Origin: Phycisphaerae bacterium
GTDB taxonomy: Bacteria; Planctomycetota; Phycisphaerae; SM23-33
DNA length: 64,000 nucleotides
Direction: 5' to 3'
Assembly (NCBI GenBank): GCA_041661865.1
Contig: JBAZTO010000016.1
Location: 2,201-66,200 of the forward strand
The notes beneath the pieces were generated by a model. The model had not been told where the DNA came from. It searched no databases and was given only the letters and a program-made list of their open reading frames with translations. This document shows positions 11,357-19,544 of the stretch, piece after piece. The translations under genes and the position numbers were made by a program. The number at the start of each line of letters is the position of its first letter. The stretch's first letter is position 1.

Positions 11357-11917
11357 CTAACTTCCTTTCATCTCCAAAACGACTTTGACGTCGGCCTTTT
11401 CCAGCGTCACCGACCCGCTGGTGATCTCCATGACCTGGAACCCGCCGATCTGACTTCCGATTTTCAGCACTTTTCCGTTGATGATCGCGGTCGGGCTGGC
11501 CGAGAGGATGGTGCTTTGCAGGGTCATGCCCCGAACCTGGTCATCGGCCGCCTTGGCCGCCTCGTCGTGGTTGTCCGGTTGAACGCTGGCCGCGACCCCC
11601 GAGGGAAACAGCCCGGCCGGCGCCGAGAAGATGTCCCGCTGGATCGTCGTGTCAATCTCCCGCAGGTACTTGTCGCGGCTGGGATCGACGGCAGACTCGT
11701 CGGCGGAGTTCGTCAAGGCCGGCTCGGTCGGGGCAGGGCTCGCCGCCACAACCAGTGGCGCCGCCGCGGCCGAGGAGGGAACACCCTTGAAGATCAGCTT
11801 CCCGAATACCACCAGCCCAACGCAGAGCAGGACGCCCAGGGTCAGGGCCTTCTTCTTGTCCCGCTTCAGCTCGTCGAGCAGTTGGTTCTTGATTCTTGTG
11901 ATGCTGTCGTTTGCCAT
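11357..11917 (-). CDS. MshK/PilP/GspC-like pilus alignment protein
   Basis: One N-terminal TM helix, an RDIF motif and a C-terminal beta domain LQSTIL...AIINGKVLKIGSQIGGFQVMEI...VTL; lies between pilO and the secretin. Confidence 0.6.
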   Translation of the reverse strand: MANDSITRIKNQLLDELKRDKKKALTLGVLLCVGLVVFGKLIFKGVPSSAAAAPLVVAASPAPTEPALTNSADESAVDPSRDKYLREIDTTIQRDIFSAPAGLFPSGVAASVQPDNHDEAAKAADDQVRGMTLQSTILSASPTAIINGKVLKIGSQIGGFQVMEITSGSVTLEKADVKVVLEMKGS

Positions 11918-11933
11918 GGCTACAGATCCCGTC

Positions 11934-12464
11934 TTAGCTCTTGGTGAAGTAAATGTTCATGAAAAGCTCGAATTCCATCGGCTTGTTGTCCTCGCGAGGC
12001 GTCAGGATCATCAGCCGCTGCACCCGCGTCAGACGCTGCATTCGCTCGATGTTTTTCAGGAAGCTCGCCAAGGCCAGGTAAGAGCCCTTGAACTTCATCT
12101 GGATGGGCATCGTGTTGAACAGATCCTCGCTCGTGGGGCTGCCGGTCTCCATCAGGCCGTCGGACAAGGCCGACTCCCGCTGGATGCCCGAGATCTCCTG
12201 GAGGAATCCGCCCAGTTCCTTGCTCTTGGGAAGCTTGCGGTCAAAGTCCTTGTAGCGGTTCTTGAGGCTCTGAACCCTGCGCATCAGGTCGGGAACCACG
12301 GCGGCCTTGTTCCGATCGGCATCCAGCGCCAGACGCTTGGTGGCGATCTCGGTCCGCAGTCCCTCCAACTTGGCGTTCTGCGGGCGATACACCGCCAGCA
12401 GCGAGACGACCGCGACGCTGCCGGCCAGGCCCAGCACGATCCAGTTTTCTTTCGTCAACTTCAT
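11934..12464 (-). CDS. pilO: Type IV pilus alignment protein PilO
   Basis: N-terminal TM helix, coiled coil, KLP...L..FL..I, then PIQMKFKGSYLALASFLKNIERMQRL; follows pilN. Start set at MKLTKEN. Confidence 0.85.
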   Translation of the reverse strand: MKLTKENWIVLGLAGSVAVVSLLAVYRPQNAKLEGLRTEIATKRLALDADRNKAAVVPDLMRRVQSLKNRYKDFDRKLPKSKELGGFLQEISGIQRESALSDGLMETGSPTSEDLFNTMPIQMKFKGSYLALASFLKNIERMQRLTRVQRLMILTPREDNKPMEFELFMNIYFTKS

Positions 12465-12478
12465 GTTTGCTGCCTCTC

Positions 12479-13090
12479 TTAGCGAACCACGTAGCAACTG
12501 GCCTGGAACTCCCGGACGGTCCGGCCGCGGTACTCGACGTTGCGGGAGTAACCCATGCTCACGTCCTCAAACAGCTTGCAGGCCGACATCTGGGCGATAA
12601 AGTTGGCCAGGTCCACGTCCGTCGGGGCCAGACCCGTGAAGGTCAGTTGCACCCGCTTGGTGATTCTCTCGCCGCCCAGGCCCGCCGAGGCGGACCTATC
12701 CGCCGGCTTGACCGGCACGGGCACGGACTTGGCCTCCAGGTTCAGGTTGGTCAGGAAAATCGTTTCGGGCAGCAGCCGTTCCATCTCAGCCAGCACTTCC
12801 AGGGCGTTCACGCGGCTGCCCAACTGGTCGTCGATCCGCTTCTTGATCATCAGGTCGGCCTGCTGACGCTCCAGATCCTGGCGGAAGGACATCTGCTTGT
12901 GGATAGCGGCCGACTGGTCTTCCAGGGCGGCCATCTCGGCGTGGGCCTGGGCGATCTGTCCCTGCCGCAGACCGGCCAGCGCCGCCACGCCCAGCGTCGC
13001 CAGACCCACCAGGATCAACTGGCGAATCATGCTCCTGCGGCTGGCCTGTTGGCGCCGAATGCGTTCAGGCAGAAAGTTTATGTTCAGCAT
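12479..13090 (-). CDS. pilN: Type IV pilus alignment protein PilN
   Basis: Starts MLNINFLP (the PilM-binding INLLP motif), then TM helix, coiled coil and LPETIFLTNL; between pilM and pilO. Confidence 0.87.
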   Translation of the reverse strand: MLNINFLPERIRRQQASRRSMIRQLILVGLATLGVAALAGLRQGQIAQAHAEMAALEDQSAAIHKQMSFRQDLERQQADLMIKKRIDDQLGSRVNALEVLAEMERLLPETIFLTNLNLEAKSVPVPVKPADRSASAGLGGERITKRVQLTFTGLAPTDVDLANFIAQMSACKLFEDVSMGYSRNVEYRGRTVREFQASCYVVR

Positions 13091-14204
13091 GTTGAGCCTC
13101 TGAAGGATTGCGGATCGCGCGAAGCGACATTCCGGCGCACAGCGCCCACTCGGGGAAGCAACCACGCTCGTGCGCCTCGCTTTGCAGGGCCGTGGTGTCC
13201 ACGCCCTGGAGCGGCTGGCCCAGGACGCACTCGACATCGAGATGCTCGCCCAGGATCTTGGAGATCGACGGGTCGTAGGCCTCCCCGCCGCACAGGACGA
13301 TTTGCGAGGGCCTCAGCCCGCGGAAAGTGACCGAACAGTAACGCAGGCACAGGGCTATCTCCGAGGCCAGCGACTCCACCTCGGCCCGAATGGCATCGTG
13401 CATGGTCCAGTCCAGGTTCCCGTCGACGCCGGCCTGGCCCTTGATCATCGCGTCGGATCGCTGGCGGATCATCCGCTGGCGGAGCTGGCAGGCCTCGTCG
13501 AAGCCCAGGCCTAACTGCTTGGAGACCGCCTCGACCATGTGCCTGCCGCCCAGCTCGATGCTCTTGATGAAAACCACCTGCTCGCCGCGCCCCACCACCA
13601 CGCGCGTGCCGCTGTAACCGACATCCACCACCACGCTGATGCCCGGGTCGTCGCTCTTGCGAGGGAGGGAGCGACCCAGAACGCGGTAGACGACAATCGG
13701 GGCCGCCTCGATGAACACGGGCGTCAGTTTCATCTCCGCCAGCAGGGCCGTGTGCGCCTCGATGGTCTTGCCCTCCACCGCCAGCAGGATGATCTCCTGG
13801 CAGGTGTCGTTGCCGGAGCGGACCTCGCCGGCGCTGAGGAAGTTGAACTGGTCGTCGGCCACTTCAAAGCCCAGGCGTTCCTGGGCCTCCCACTTCAGGG
13901 CGTTCCGCATTTCCGCCTCGGGCATGGCCGGCATGCGGAGACTCTTGATGGCCAGCTCCGAGCAGGACAAGGCCGTCACGACCTTCCTGCCCTCGAAGCC
14001 GCCCTGGCGCCTCAATTCCGCCACGCCCGCGACGACCTGCTGACGCCATTGCGCCGGGTCGGCCGTCTTGGCCAGCGGCTTGTAGCCCCAGGCCGCCACG
14101 CGCGGCCCCTGCTTGGTCGAGTCCAACTGGAGCATCTTGATGCTGTCGGCGCCGATGTCCAGTGCGATCGGCTGTCGCTTGTTCTTTGCCCATAAACGTG
14201 TCAT
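13065..14204 (-). CDS. pilM: Type IV pilus actin-like protein PilM
   Basis: IALDIGADSIKMLQL, VVVDVGYSGT, IELGGRHM, IVLCGGEA (actin-like ATPase fold motifs). Confidence 0.92.
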   Translation of the reverse strand: MTRLWAKNKRQPIALDIGADSIKMLQLDSTKQGPRVAAWGYKPLAKTADPAQWRQQVVAGVAELRRQGGFEGRKVVTALSCSELAIKSLRMPAMPEAEMRNALKWEAQERLGFEVADDQFNFLSAGEVRSGNDTCQEIILLAVEGKTIEAHTALLAEMKLTPVFIEAAPIVVYRVLGRSLPRKSDDPGISVVVDVGYSGTRVVVGRGEQVVFIKSIELGGRHMVEAVSKQLGLGFDEACQLRQRMIRQRSDAMIKGQAGVDGNLDWTMHDAIRAEVESLASEIALCLRYCSVTFRGLRPSQIVLCGGEAYDPSISKILGEHLDVECVLGQPLQGVDTTALQSEAHERGCFPEWALCAGMSLRAIRNPSEAQHAEHKLSA

Positions 14205-14226
14205 GTTTGCGATGCCCTTGTTAGCA

Positions 14227-14754
14227 TTACGGTTTCGCCTGCACCGACACTCGGCCGGTCGCCGAGGCCACGTCGATGTAGTAGACGTTTGCCCTGGCCT
14301 GCAACACGATGTTGTGCGTCGCCGGACTCAGCGGCGCCACCGTGCCCGGCGCTCCCAGCACGTCGAACGTCACGGCGCTTCCACCGTTGAAGTTCACCGA
14401 GTAAACATCCACGTTTTCGGTGCCGGGGGTGGTCCTGAAGCCGACCACGTAGTCTGTCTTCGTGATCGGGTTTTTCAGCAGGCCACTTGCGTTAGATAAT
14501 TGGTAACTCTCGGCGCCGGTGTTGAATGTCACCGTCACCGGAACCTGGGTGGTGATGGCGGTGTCCTGGGCGTATTGCAGGTCGGCCGCGAGCATCCTTG
14601 CCGCGCCCATCACCTGCAAATCACTGGCATTGGACAACTTGGGAACAATCACGGCCGCGGCGATGCTCAGAATCACCAGCATCACGATCACTTCGGTGAG
14701 GGTGTAGCCTCGCCGGACGGTCCGATAATTACGGATTGCTGGCCTTGGAGTCAT
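14227..14754 (-). CDS. Minor pilin, FimU/FimT/GspH-like
   Basis: Class III signal RRG|YTLTEVIVMLVILSIAAAVIVP; AARMLAADLQYAQ..AI; C-terminal GRV. Start moved to 14754. Confidence 0.85.
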   Translation of the reverse strand: MTPRPAIRNYRTVRRGYTLTEVIVMLVILSIAAAVIVPKLSNASDLQVMGAARMLAADLQYAQDTAITTQVPVTVTFNTGAESYQLSNASGLLKNPITKTDYVVGFRTTPGTENVDVYSVNFNGGSAVTFDVLGAPGTVAPLSPATHNIVLQARANVYYIDVASATGRVSVQAKP

Positions 14755-15136
14755 TTCCCTCTCCTTCCGTGTAGGTAACACCGCCCTGGACGGGCGCTCC
14801 GGCGGCCGGCGGCGCGCTGCTGGACTGGTCCGCAACGATCTGGAACTTCGCGTTGCCGCTTTCCAGGAGCTTCTTGATCTCATCGAGCTTCTGGTTGGTC
14901 TGGGTCGAGATGCCGACCATTTCGTCCAGGTTCAGGGTGCTGTATTTCTGGTAGCGGTCCGGGGGCGGCGTGAACATCTTGTTGTTGCTATCGGCCGCGA
15001 GGGCCTTGCCCGCCGACGGAACGCCCTCGGCCCACAGGCCCAGCACCACCACTGTCAGCAGCACCATGATGGCCGTCAGGCAAAACCGCGTGTACCAATC
15101 GACCTTCATCCTGATCTGAGTTCTCGTGTCTTTCAT
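14729..15136 (-). CDS. Small membrane-anchored hypothetical protein inside the pilin cluster
   Basis: 135 aa; N-terminal hydrophobic helix (DWYTRFCLTAIMVLLTVVVLGLW) and a short coiled coil; same strand and tightly packed between pilin genes. Confidence 0.6.
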   Translation of the reverse strand: MKDTRTQIRMKVDWYTRFCLTAIMVLLTVVVLGLWAEGVPSAGKALAADSNNKMFTPPPDRYQKYSTLNLDEMVGISTQTNQKLDEIKKLLESGNAKFQIVADQSSSAPPAAGAPVQGGVTYTEGEGNDSKASNP

Positions 15137-15150
15137 ATTTCACTCCGGGT

Positions 15151-16266
15151 CTAGTAGTTCCATCGAACAATCTGAATCTTGGATACCGCGCTGCCGGCGT
15201 CGTGCAGGGTCTGGATGTCGGCGGGGGCCAAAACTTTGTCGAAAATAGCCACTTCGTCCATGCTGCCCTTGAAGAACTGGCTCTCGCCCCACTGGGAGCC
15301 GATGTAGAGGTCGGCCTTCCTGCCGCCGGTGGGTTTCTTTTTCCCCTCGCTATAGTTCCAGACGCCCACCTGGACTCCCTCCAGGTAGACCCGGATGGTG
15401 CGGCTGCTGATCTCCCGCGTGAGCGTCAGGTTGTGCCAGACCCCCGCGCTGATGTTCAGCCCGGTGAAGGTATTGGCATGGTCGCGTCCCTTTTTGTATT
15501 CGTCGAGGTATTCCAGATCCCCGCTTGGGTTGATTACCATCTCGTAAGTGGTGTTATCCCTTTTCCTCTCAGTGTCCTCGCTGCTGGTCACCAGCGTGTA
15601 CTTGTCGCTGGGCAGGCTGTCCATCTTGAACCACATGGACACCGTCATGTCGCCGCGGAGTTGGAGATCCCGAGTCGCGTCCCGGGTCAGGTAGTCGTTG
15701 GCGCCGTCAAGGGTCATGGCCTTGTCCGAGTCGCTCGGCAATGCCCCGGCAGCGCCCATCGTGACGGAGTTCTTGACAGTCAGGTCGTAGTCGTCCGACG
15801 TGGCATCGTCTGCCACATTCCCGGAAATCTCCCCCAGCCGCCAGTAGCCTACCGGAGATTGGGACATGACGGTATTCTGGTAGGCGGGCGGCGCGTAGAC
15901 GAGCATGGAAGGTTTCTGCATGCCCTTGCCAAACGTGGCTTTGCCCGTCAGTACGTAGTAGCCCGGGTTATTGGCATCCGCAGTCCCCCAGAAGTAGTAG
16001 GTGTCGGCGGTGCCGTCGGCGTGAAAAGGCCCCAGCGGGCGGGCTTCGCTGGTGCCGGCGAAGGCGTTGCAGTCCTTCTGCAACTGGTAGAGGGCGTGCT
16101 GGAGGGCCGACTCGCCCAGGTATCGGGCTCTCGCCGCCTGGAGCATGTTGTGACTGGCGGTCATTTTGATGGTGGCGCTGGAGACGTAACTGCCGGCCAG
16201 CACCACGGCCAGTGCCACGGCCAGCAGCACCAGCAACATCGCCATGCCTGTGGATTGTCTTTTCAT
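15151..16266 (-). CDS. PilX/GspK-like minor pilin fused to a LamG (concanavalin A-like lectin) domain
   Basis: MKRQSTG|MAMLLVLLAVALAVV (no Glu5, as in PilX); ARARYLGESALQHA; then PVGYWRL.E, LDGANDY, MTVSMWFK, WHNLTLT, VYLEG, LYIG, FFKGSMDEVAIFDKVL (LamG_3 signature). Confidence 0.85.
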   Translation of the reverse strand: MKRQSTGMAMLLVLLAVALAVVLAGSYVSSATIKMTASHNMLQAARARYLGESALQHALYQLQKDCNAFAGTSEARPLGPFHADGTADTYYFWGTADANNPGYYVLTGKATFGKGMQKPSMLVYAPPAYQNTVMSQSPVGYWRLGEISGNVADDATSDDYDLTVKNSVTMGAAGALPSDSDKAMTLDGANDYLTRDATRDLQLRGDMTVSMWFKMDSLPSDKYTLVTSSEDTERKRDNTTYEMVINPSGDLEYLDEYKKGRDHANTFTGLNISAGVWHNLTLTREISSRTIRVYLEGVQVGVWNYSEGKKKPTGGRKADLYIGSQWGESQFFKGSMDEVAIFDKVLAPADIQTLHDAGSAVSKIQIVRWNY

Positions 16267-16341
16267 CGGGATCGTTACCTCTAGTCCCTCATCGGCGCAA
16301 TCGCGCCCCCAGATAATTAGCGATTTCGGCTTGGGAGGCCT

Positions 16342-16466
16342 CACAGGCGTCTCGCCTGTGTCCGGGGGTAGCACAGGCTTTCCAGCCTGTGCGTGACACC
16401 GCTTGGAAAAGCTGTGCCACCTGTTGGGACGGCCTCTTAATGCACAGGCGAGACGCCTGTGCTACC
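16342..16466. repeat. Cluster of REP-like palindromes (CACAGGC..GCCTGTG family)
   Basis: CACAGGCGTCTCGCCTGTG (16342-16360), GGTAGCACAGGCTTTCCAGCCTGTG (16367-16391), a degenerate partner at 16401-16421 and GCACAGGCGAGACGCCTGTGCTACC (16442-16466). Confidence 0.85.
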
Positions 16467-16483
16467 ATCGCGGCCTCTGGAGG

Positions 16484-17119
16484 TTAGCCGCCTATCAGGA
16501 CGTATTGTCCGCCGGAAATGCCCACCTTGCTCGTCAAACCGGCGCGGGTGGAAGCGGCGCTGCGAAGCGTGATCTTTTGCGTGCCCACGCCGACGGTCAT
16601 GTTGACCTTCACCAGCGTCGCCAGGGGCGGAGTGGGCGTGGCGCTGAAAATGCAACTGCTGACGTCGGTGGTCAGGAGCTGGGCGGGGGCGTAAGTGCTG
16701 TTGAGAATCTGCGGCACGATGCTCGTCGCGTTGGTCAGCGACGACAGCGGGACGGCCGTATTCAGGGCGGCCTGGATATTGGCGGGGAAACTGCATCGGG
16801 AGAACTTGATCTGGCCGGAGGCAAACGATATCACGCCGATCTCGTCCATGTTGACAAGGTTGTTGCCGTTGGTGTCGTCCAGCCAGAGTACGACCGTGTT
16901 GGCGCTGCAATAGGTCGCCAGTTTGGAACTCTGCACGAGGCTCTGGATCTTGAGCATGGCGCTTCGGCCGGTCTGGATGGACTGGTAGTAGTCCTCGGTG
17001 CTGGCGTGGGCCTTGGAGATGGCCATGGTCACCCCGGCCACCGAGAGGCTGGTGATGGACATAATCAAGATCGAGAGCGTCAGTTCCAACGCGGTGAATC
17101 CGGTCCTGCGTCGCGTCAT
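16484..17119 (-). CDS. Minor pilin, PilW/GspJ-like
   Basis: MTRRRTG|FTALELTLSILIMSI class III signal with Glu5. Confidence 0.8.
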   Translation of the reverse strand: MTRRRTGFTALELTLSILIMSITSLSVAGVTMAISKAHASTEDYYQSIQTGRSAMLKIQSLVQSSKLATYCSANTVVLWLDDTNGNNLVNMDEIGVISFASGQIKFSRCSFPANIQAALNTAVPLSSLTNATSIVPQILNSTYAPAQLLTTDVSSCIFSATPTPPLATLVKVNMTVGVGTQKITLRSAASTRAGLTSKVGISGGQYVLIGG

Positions 17120-17134
17120 GTAAAACTCCTTCAA

Positions 17135-17638
17135 CTAGAGCGTCAGGCAGATCAGGCGGCTGAGCGTGATCAAGGTCGTGCCGCGGTGCTTGACCGTGAC
17201 GGTCACGCGGTAGAAGTCCGCCGGCTTGCTGGTGTCCTGCCCGTCCAACCAGGCGTAGGCGACGGTGGTTTCGCGTGACAGGCCCGAGGACAAGGGGCTC
17301 TTGATGATCGCGCCGCCGGCGTCGGCGATCTGCCCGGCCGCCTCGGTCACAGTCTTGTAGTCGTTGACGTCGTCGTAGCGGCTGCGCGTGACCTCGCCCG
17401 CGTCGGGGCCGAAAGCCGTTCCGCCCTGGGGGTCTTTCACCGGCTTGGACAGGACTTCTTCCATCATTTCCTGGGCCAGCCCTGTGGCCAGGGTCATCCG
17501 GCCGTCGGTCTCCTCGTTGCGTGCCCCGGCGGCGAACGGCATGGTGATGGCCGTGATGGCCACCGTCAGCACCACCGCGGCCATGAGGGACTCGACGAGC
17601 GTAAAAGCCTTCGTGCCAGTCTGTTGTAGTCGGTCCAT
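17135..17638 (-). CDS. Minor pilin, PilV/GspI/MshD-like
   Basis: TKA|FTLVESLMAAVVL; ATGLAQEMMEEVLSK; YDDVNDY; C-terminal VTVTV. Confidence 0.82.
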   Translation of the reverse strand: MDRLQQTGTKAFTLVESLMAAVVLTVAITAITMPFAAGARNEETDGRMTLATGLAQEMMEEVLSKPVKDPQGGTAFGPDAGEVTRSRYDDVNDYKTVTEAAGQIADAGGAIIKSPLSSGLSRETTVAYAWLDGQDTSKPADFYRVTVTVKHRGTTLITLSRLICLTL

Positions 17639-17651
17639 ATCCCCTTCTCCG

Positions 17652-18155
17652 TCAATAACTGAAGAAAGCGACTCCCGCGTTGTCGCTGCCCTGCGAATCA
17701 GCTTTCAGCCTGTCGATGGAGGGTTGGTAAACCCAGCCGTGCGAATCGTCCGCGGCTCCGGGCAGGCTGCCACCGTCGGGAATGATCTCAACGGTCTTCT
17801 TGCCGTTGACGGGGTTGGCGGGGATCTCTCGCAGGTAGGGACCGTAGGGATAGCCGGCCGTTCCCGCCGCGGCGCACTCCCCGTTCCCCTTGGAGGCGCT
17901 GATCATTTGCAGGACCAGTGCCGCCTCGGTCGGCGCGACCGCCGGGTCGCAGCCGGGATACCCTGCCGCAACGTTGTGCTGGCCCTTAAAAACAGCCAAC
18001 TGCGTGCGGAAGGTCCGAAGGTCGTCGGCCAGCATGCTGGCCCTGGCGGTAGCCGCCGCATTGGACACCTTAGGCAGCACAATCGCCGCCAGAATGCCCA
18101 GGATGAGGACCACGATCAGGATTTCGACCAGCGTAAATGCCATCTGTTTCTTCAT
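17652..18155 (-). CDS. Major pilin paralog 2 (GspG/PilA-like)
   Basis: QMA|FTLVEILIVVLILGILAAIVLP; paralogous to 18301-18792 along its length. Confidence 0.88.
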   Translation of the reverse strand: MKKQMAFTLVEILIVVLILGILAAIVLPKVSNAAATARASMLADDLRTFRTQLAVFKGQHNVAAGYPGCDPAVAPTEAALVLQMISASKGNGECAAAGTAGYPYGPYLREIPANPVNGKKTVEIIPDGGSLPGAADDSHGWVYQPSIDRLKADSQGSDNAGVAFFSY

Positions 18156-18300
18156 AGTTGGCTCACTCGCTTCATGTCCTCCAGACCCGATTAGGGGCCA
18201 GGAGAACCTTTACAGAAACGACTCCAGGCCGGGGCCGACTATCTGTCAGCCCCGGCCGGGAAGCCGCAACTCATGCCATGTGGGTCTCAAGCCACATGGG

Positions 18301-18792
18301 TTACAGCCCGCTGAAGGCAACACCCGCGGAGTTGTTGCCCGTATTGTCCGCGGACAGGCGACCCGAGTTGGGGTCGAAGTGCCAGGCGTCGGTGCCCGCA
18401 CCGGCCGCAGCGCCAGCCACGCGAACGGTCGTTCTGCCGCTGATCGCGTTGGTCGGGAAGCTCTGCATGTACGGGCCAAAAGCGCCCGCGGTTCCGTTGG
18501 CAACGATATTGCCGTACTGGTCGGTCTGGCTGGTCAACTTGACGGCGAAGTTGGCGTCAGCCACCCAAGTCGCGCCGCTGTCAGCCGACTTGACATTGGG
18601 ATAGTGGTCGTTGTGCTGGATGTTGTACAGCTCCAACTGGCTGCGCAGCGTCTGAAGGTCGCTGGTCAGTGAAGACTCGCGGGCGTCCTGGGACGCCGAG
18701 CTGAACTGCGGGATCACGATCGCGGCCAAGATGCCCAGAATGATCACAACGATCAGAATTTCAACCAAAGTAAAACCTTTATTGCTAGTCAT
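18301..18792 (-). CDS. Major pilin paralog 1 (GspG/PilA-like)
   Basis: MTSNKG|FTLVEILIVVIILGILAAIVIPQF; GGAGG SD upstream of ATG 18792; first gene of the cluster. Confidence 0.9.
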   Translation of the reverse strand: MTSNKGFTLVEILIVVIILGILAAIVIPQFSSASQDARESSLTSDLQTLRSQLELYNIQHNDHYPNVKSADSGATWVADANFAVKLTSQTDQYGNIVANGTAGAFGPYMQSFPTNAISGRTTVRVAGAAAGAGTDAWHFDPNSGRLSADNTGNNSAGVAFSGL

Positions 18793-18928
18793 GAAACTGC
18801 CTCCAAAATCTGGATTCATACTCTTGTCATTGCCCCATCAGGGGCGCCAAACATCTCGAACATTCATCCGTGTCCTGACCTGTCTACTCCATTTATCTCT
18901 GTGTCGGCTTGCCTTCAGGCCGACGCCC

Positions 18929-18953
18929 GGTACCACAGGCCTCTGGCCTGTGA
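18929..18953. repeat. REP-like palindrome (CACAGGC family)
   Basis: GGTACCACAGGCCTCTGGCCTGTGA, the same architecture as the 16342-16466 units. Confidence 0.65.
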
Positions 18954-19544
18954 CTTCTCCCGGCACTCCGGCGCCTTGGCCGGCGAGGGAACATGAAGCT
19001 CCCGTTGCGTCATTGCCCATTGCAGCATCCGCGTTCACTGACCCGGCATGTCCACCCTCGCGTCACCTCCTCTCAGGACTGCCTCCTGATCAAAATCGTG
19101 CCAGTCGAATGCGTCGCTCCTGAACCGAGCCGACCCACTGTCACACCGATCCAACTTGCTTATCGGTTGGTTCGGCAGTGGCCTTAATTAAGCAAAATTC
19201 AAGATAAGAACAGGTTGTCAGCGACTGCTTCGGGGAGCCGGGCCAGGTGACCTAAGACTTGTCACAATCGTAGGATATGGCCGCGAAACGCTCAGGATTC
19301 CCCAAGGCCCGTTCTCAGCACGGGCCAAGAGCAGTCCAATACGCCTCTGCGGCGCGGTGGGGGCATCTCTCAATGCCGACCCCTCAGCCCTCTGGCTGGG
19401 GGTCTAAGGGCAAGATAAGATTCCCTCGACATAAAGCAAATCTTGAAATACTCTGGTGTCACAGTCGTTATAGCTACAGTGGGCCTTGCGCCGGGCGGGC
19501 CCCGACGGGAACTTGAGATACCGCAACCTGTTGGCGATTCGCCC

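Noticed and set aside
16342-16466. Possible mini-CRISPR array from the repeated palindromes
   Set aside because: Units are inverted, degenerate and irregularly spaced, with no unique equal-length spacers and no cas genes.
19089-19104. Possible sigma-54 promoter (CTGGCACGATTTTGAT, minus strand) upstream of the pilins
   Set aside because: The -24 box is good, but there is no GC at the required -12 spacing.
18820-19540. Possible c-di-GMP riboswitch or ncRNA in the pilin leader
   Set aside because: Several hairpins are present, but no GGCAAAC/GACGC-type consensus was found on either strand; a covariance-model search would be needed.
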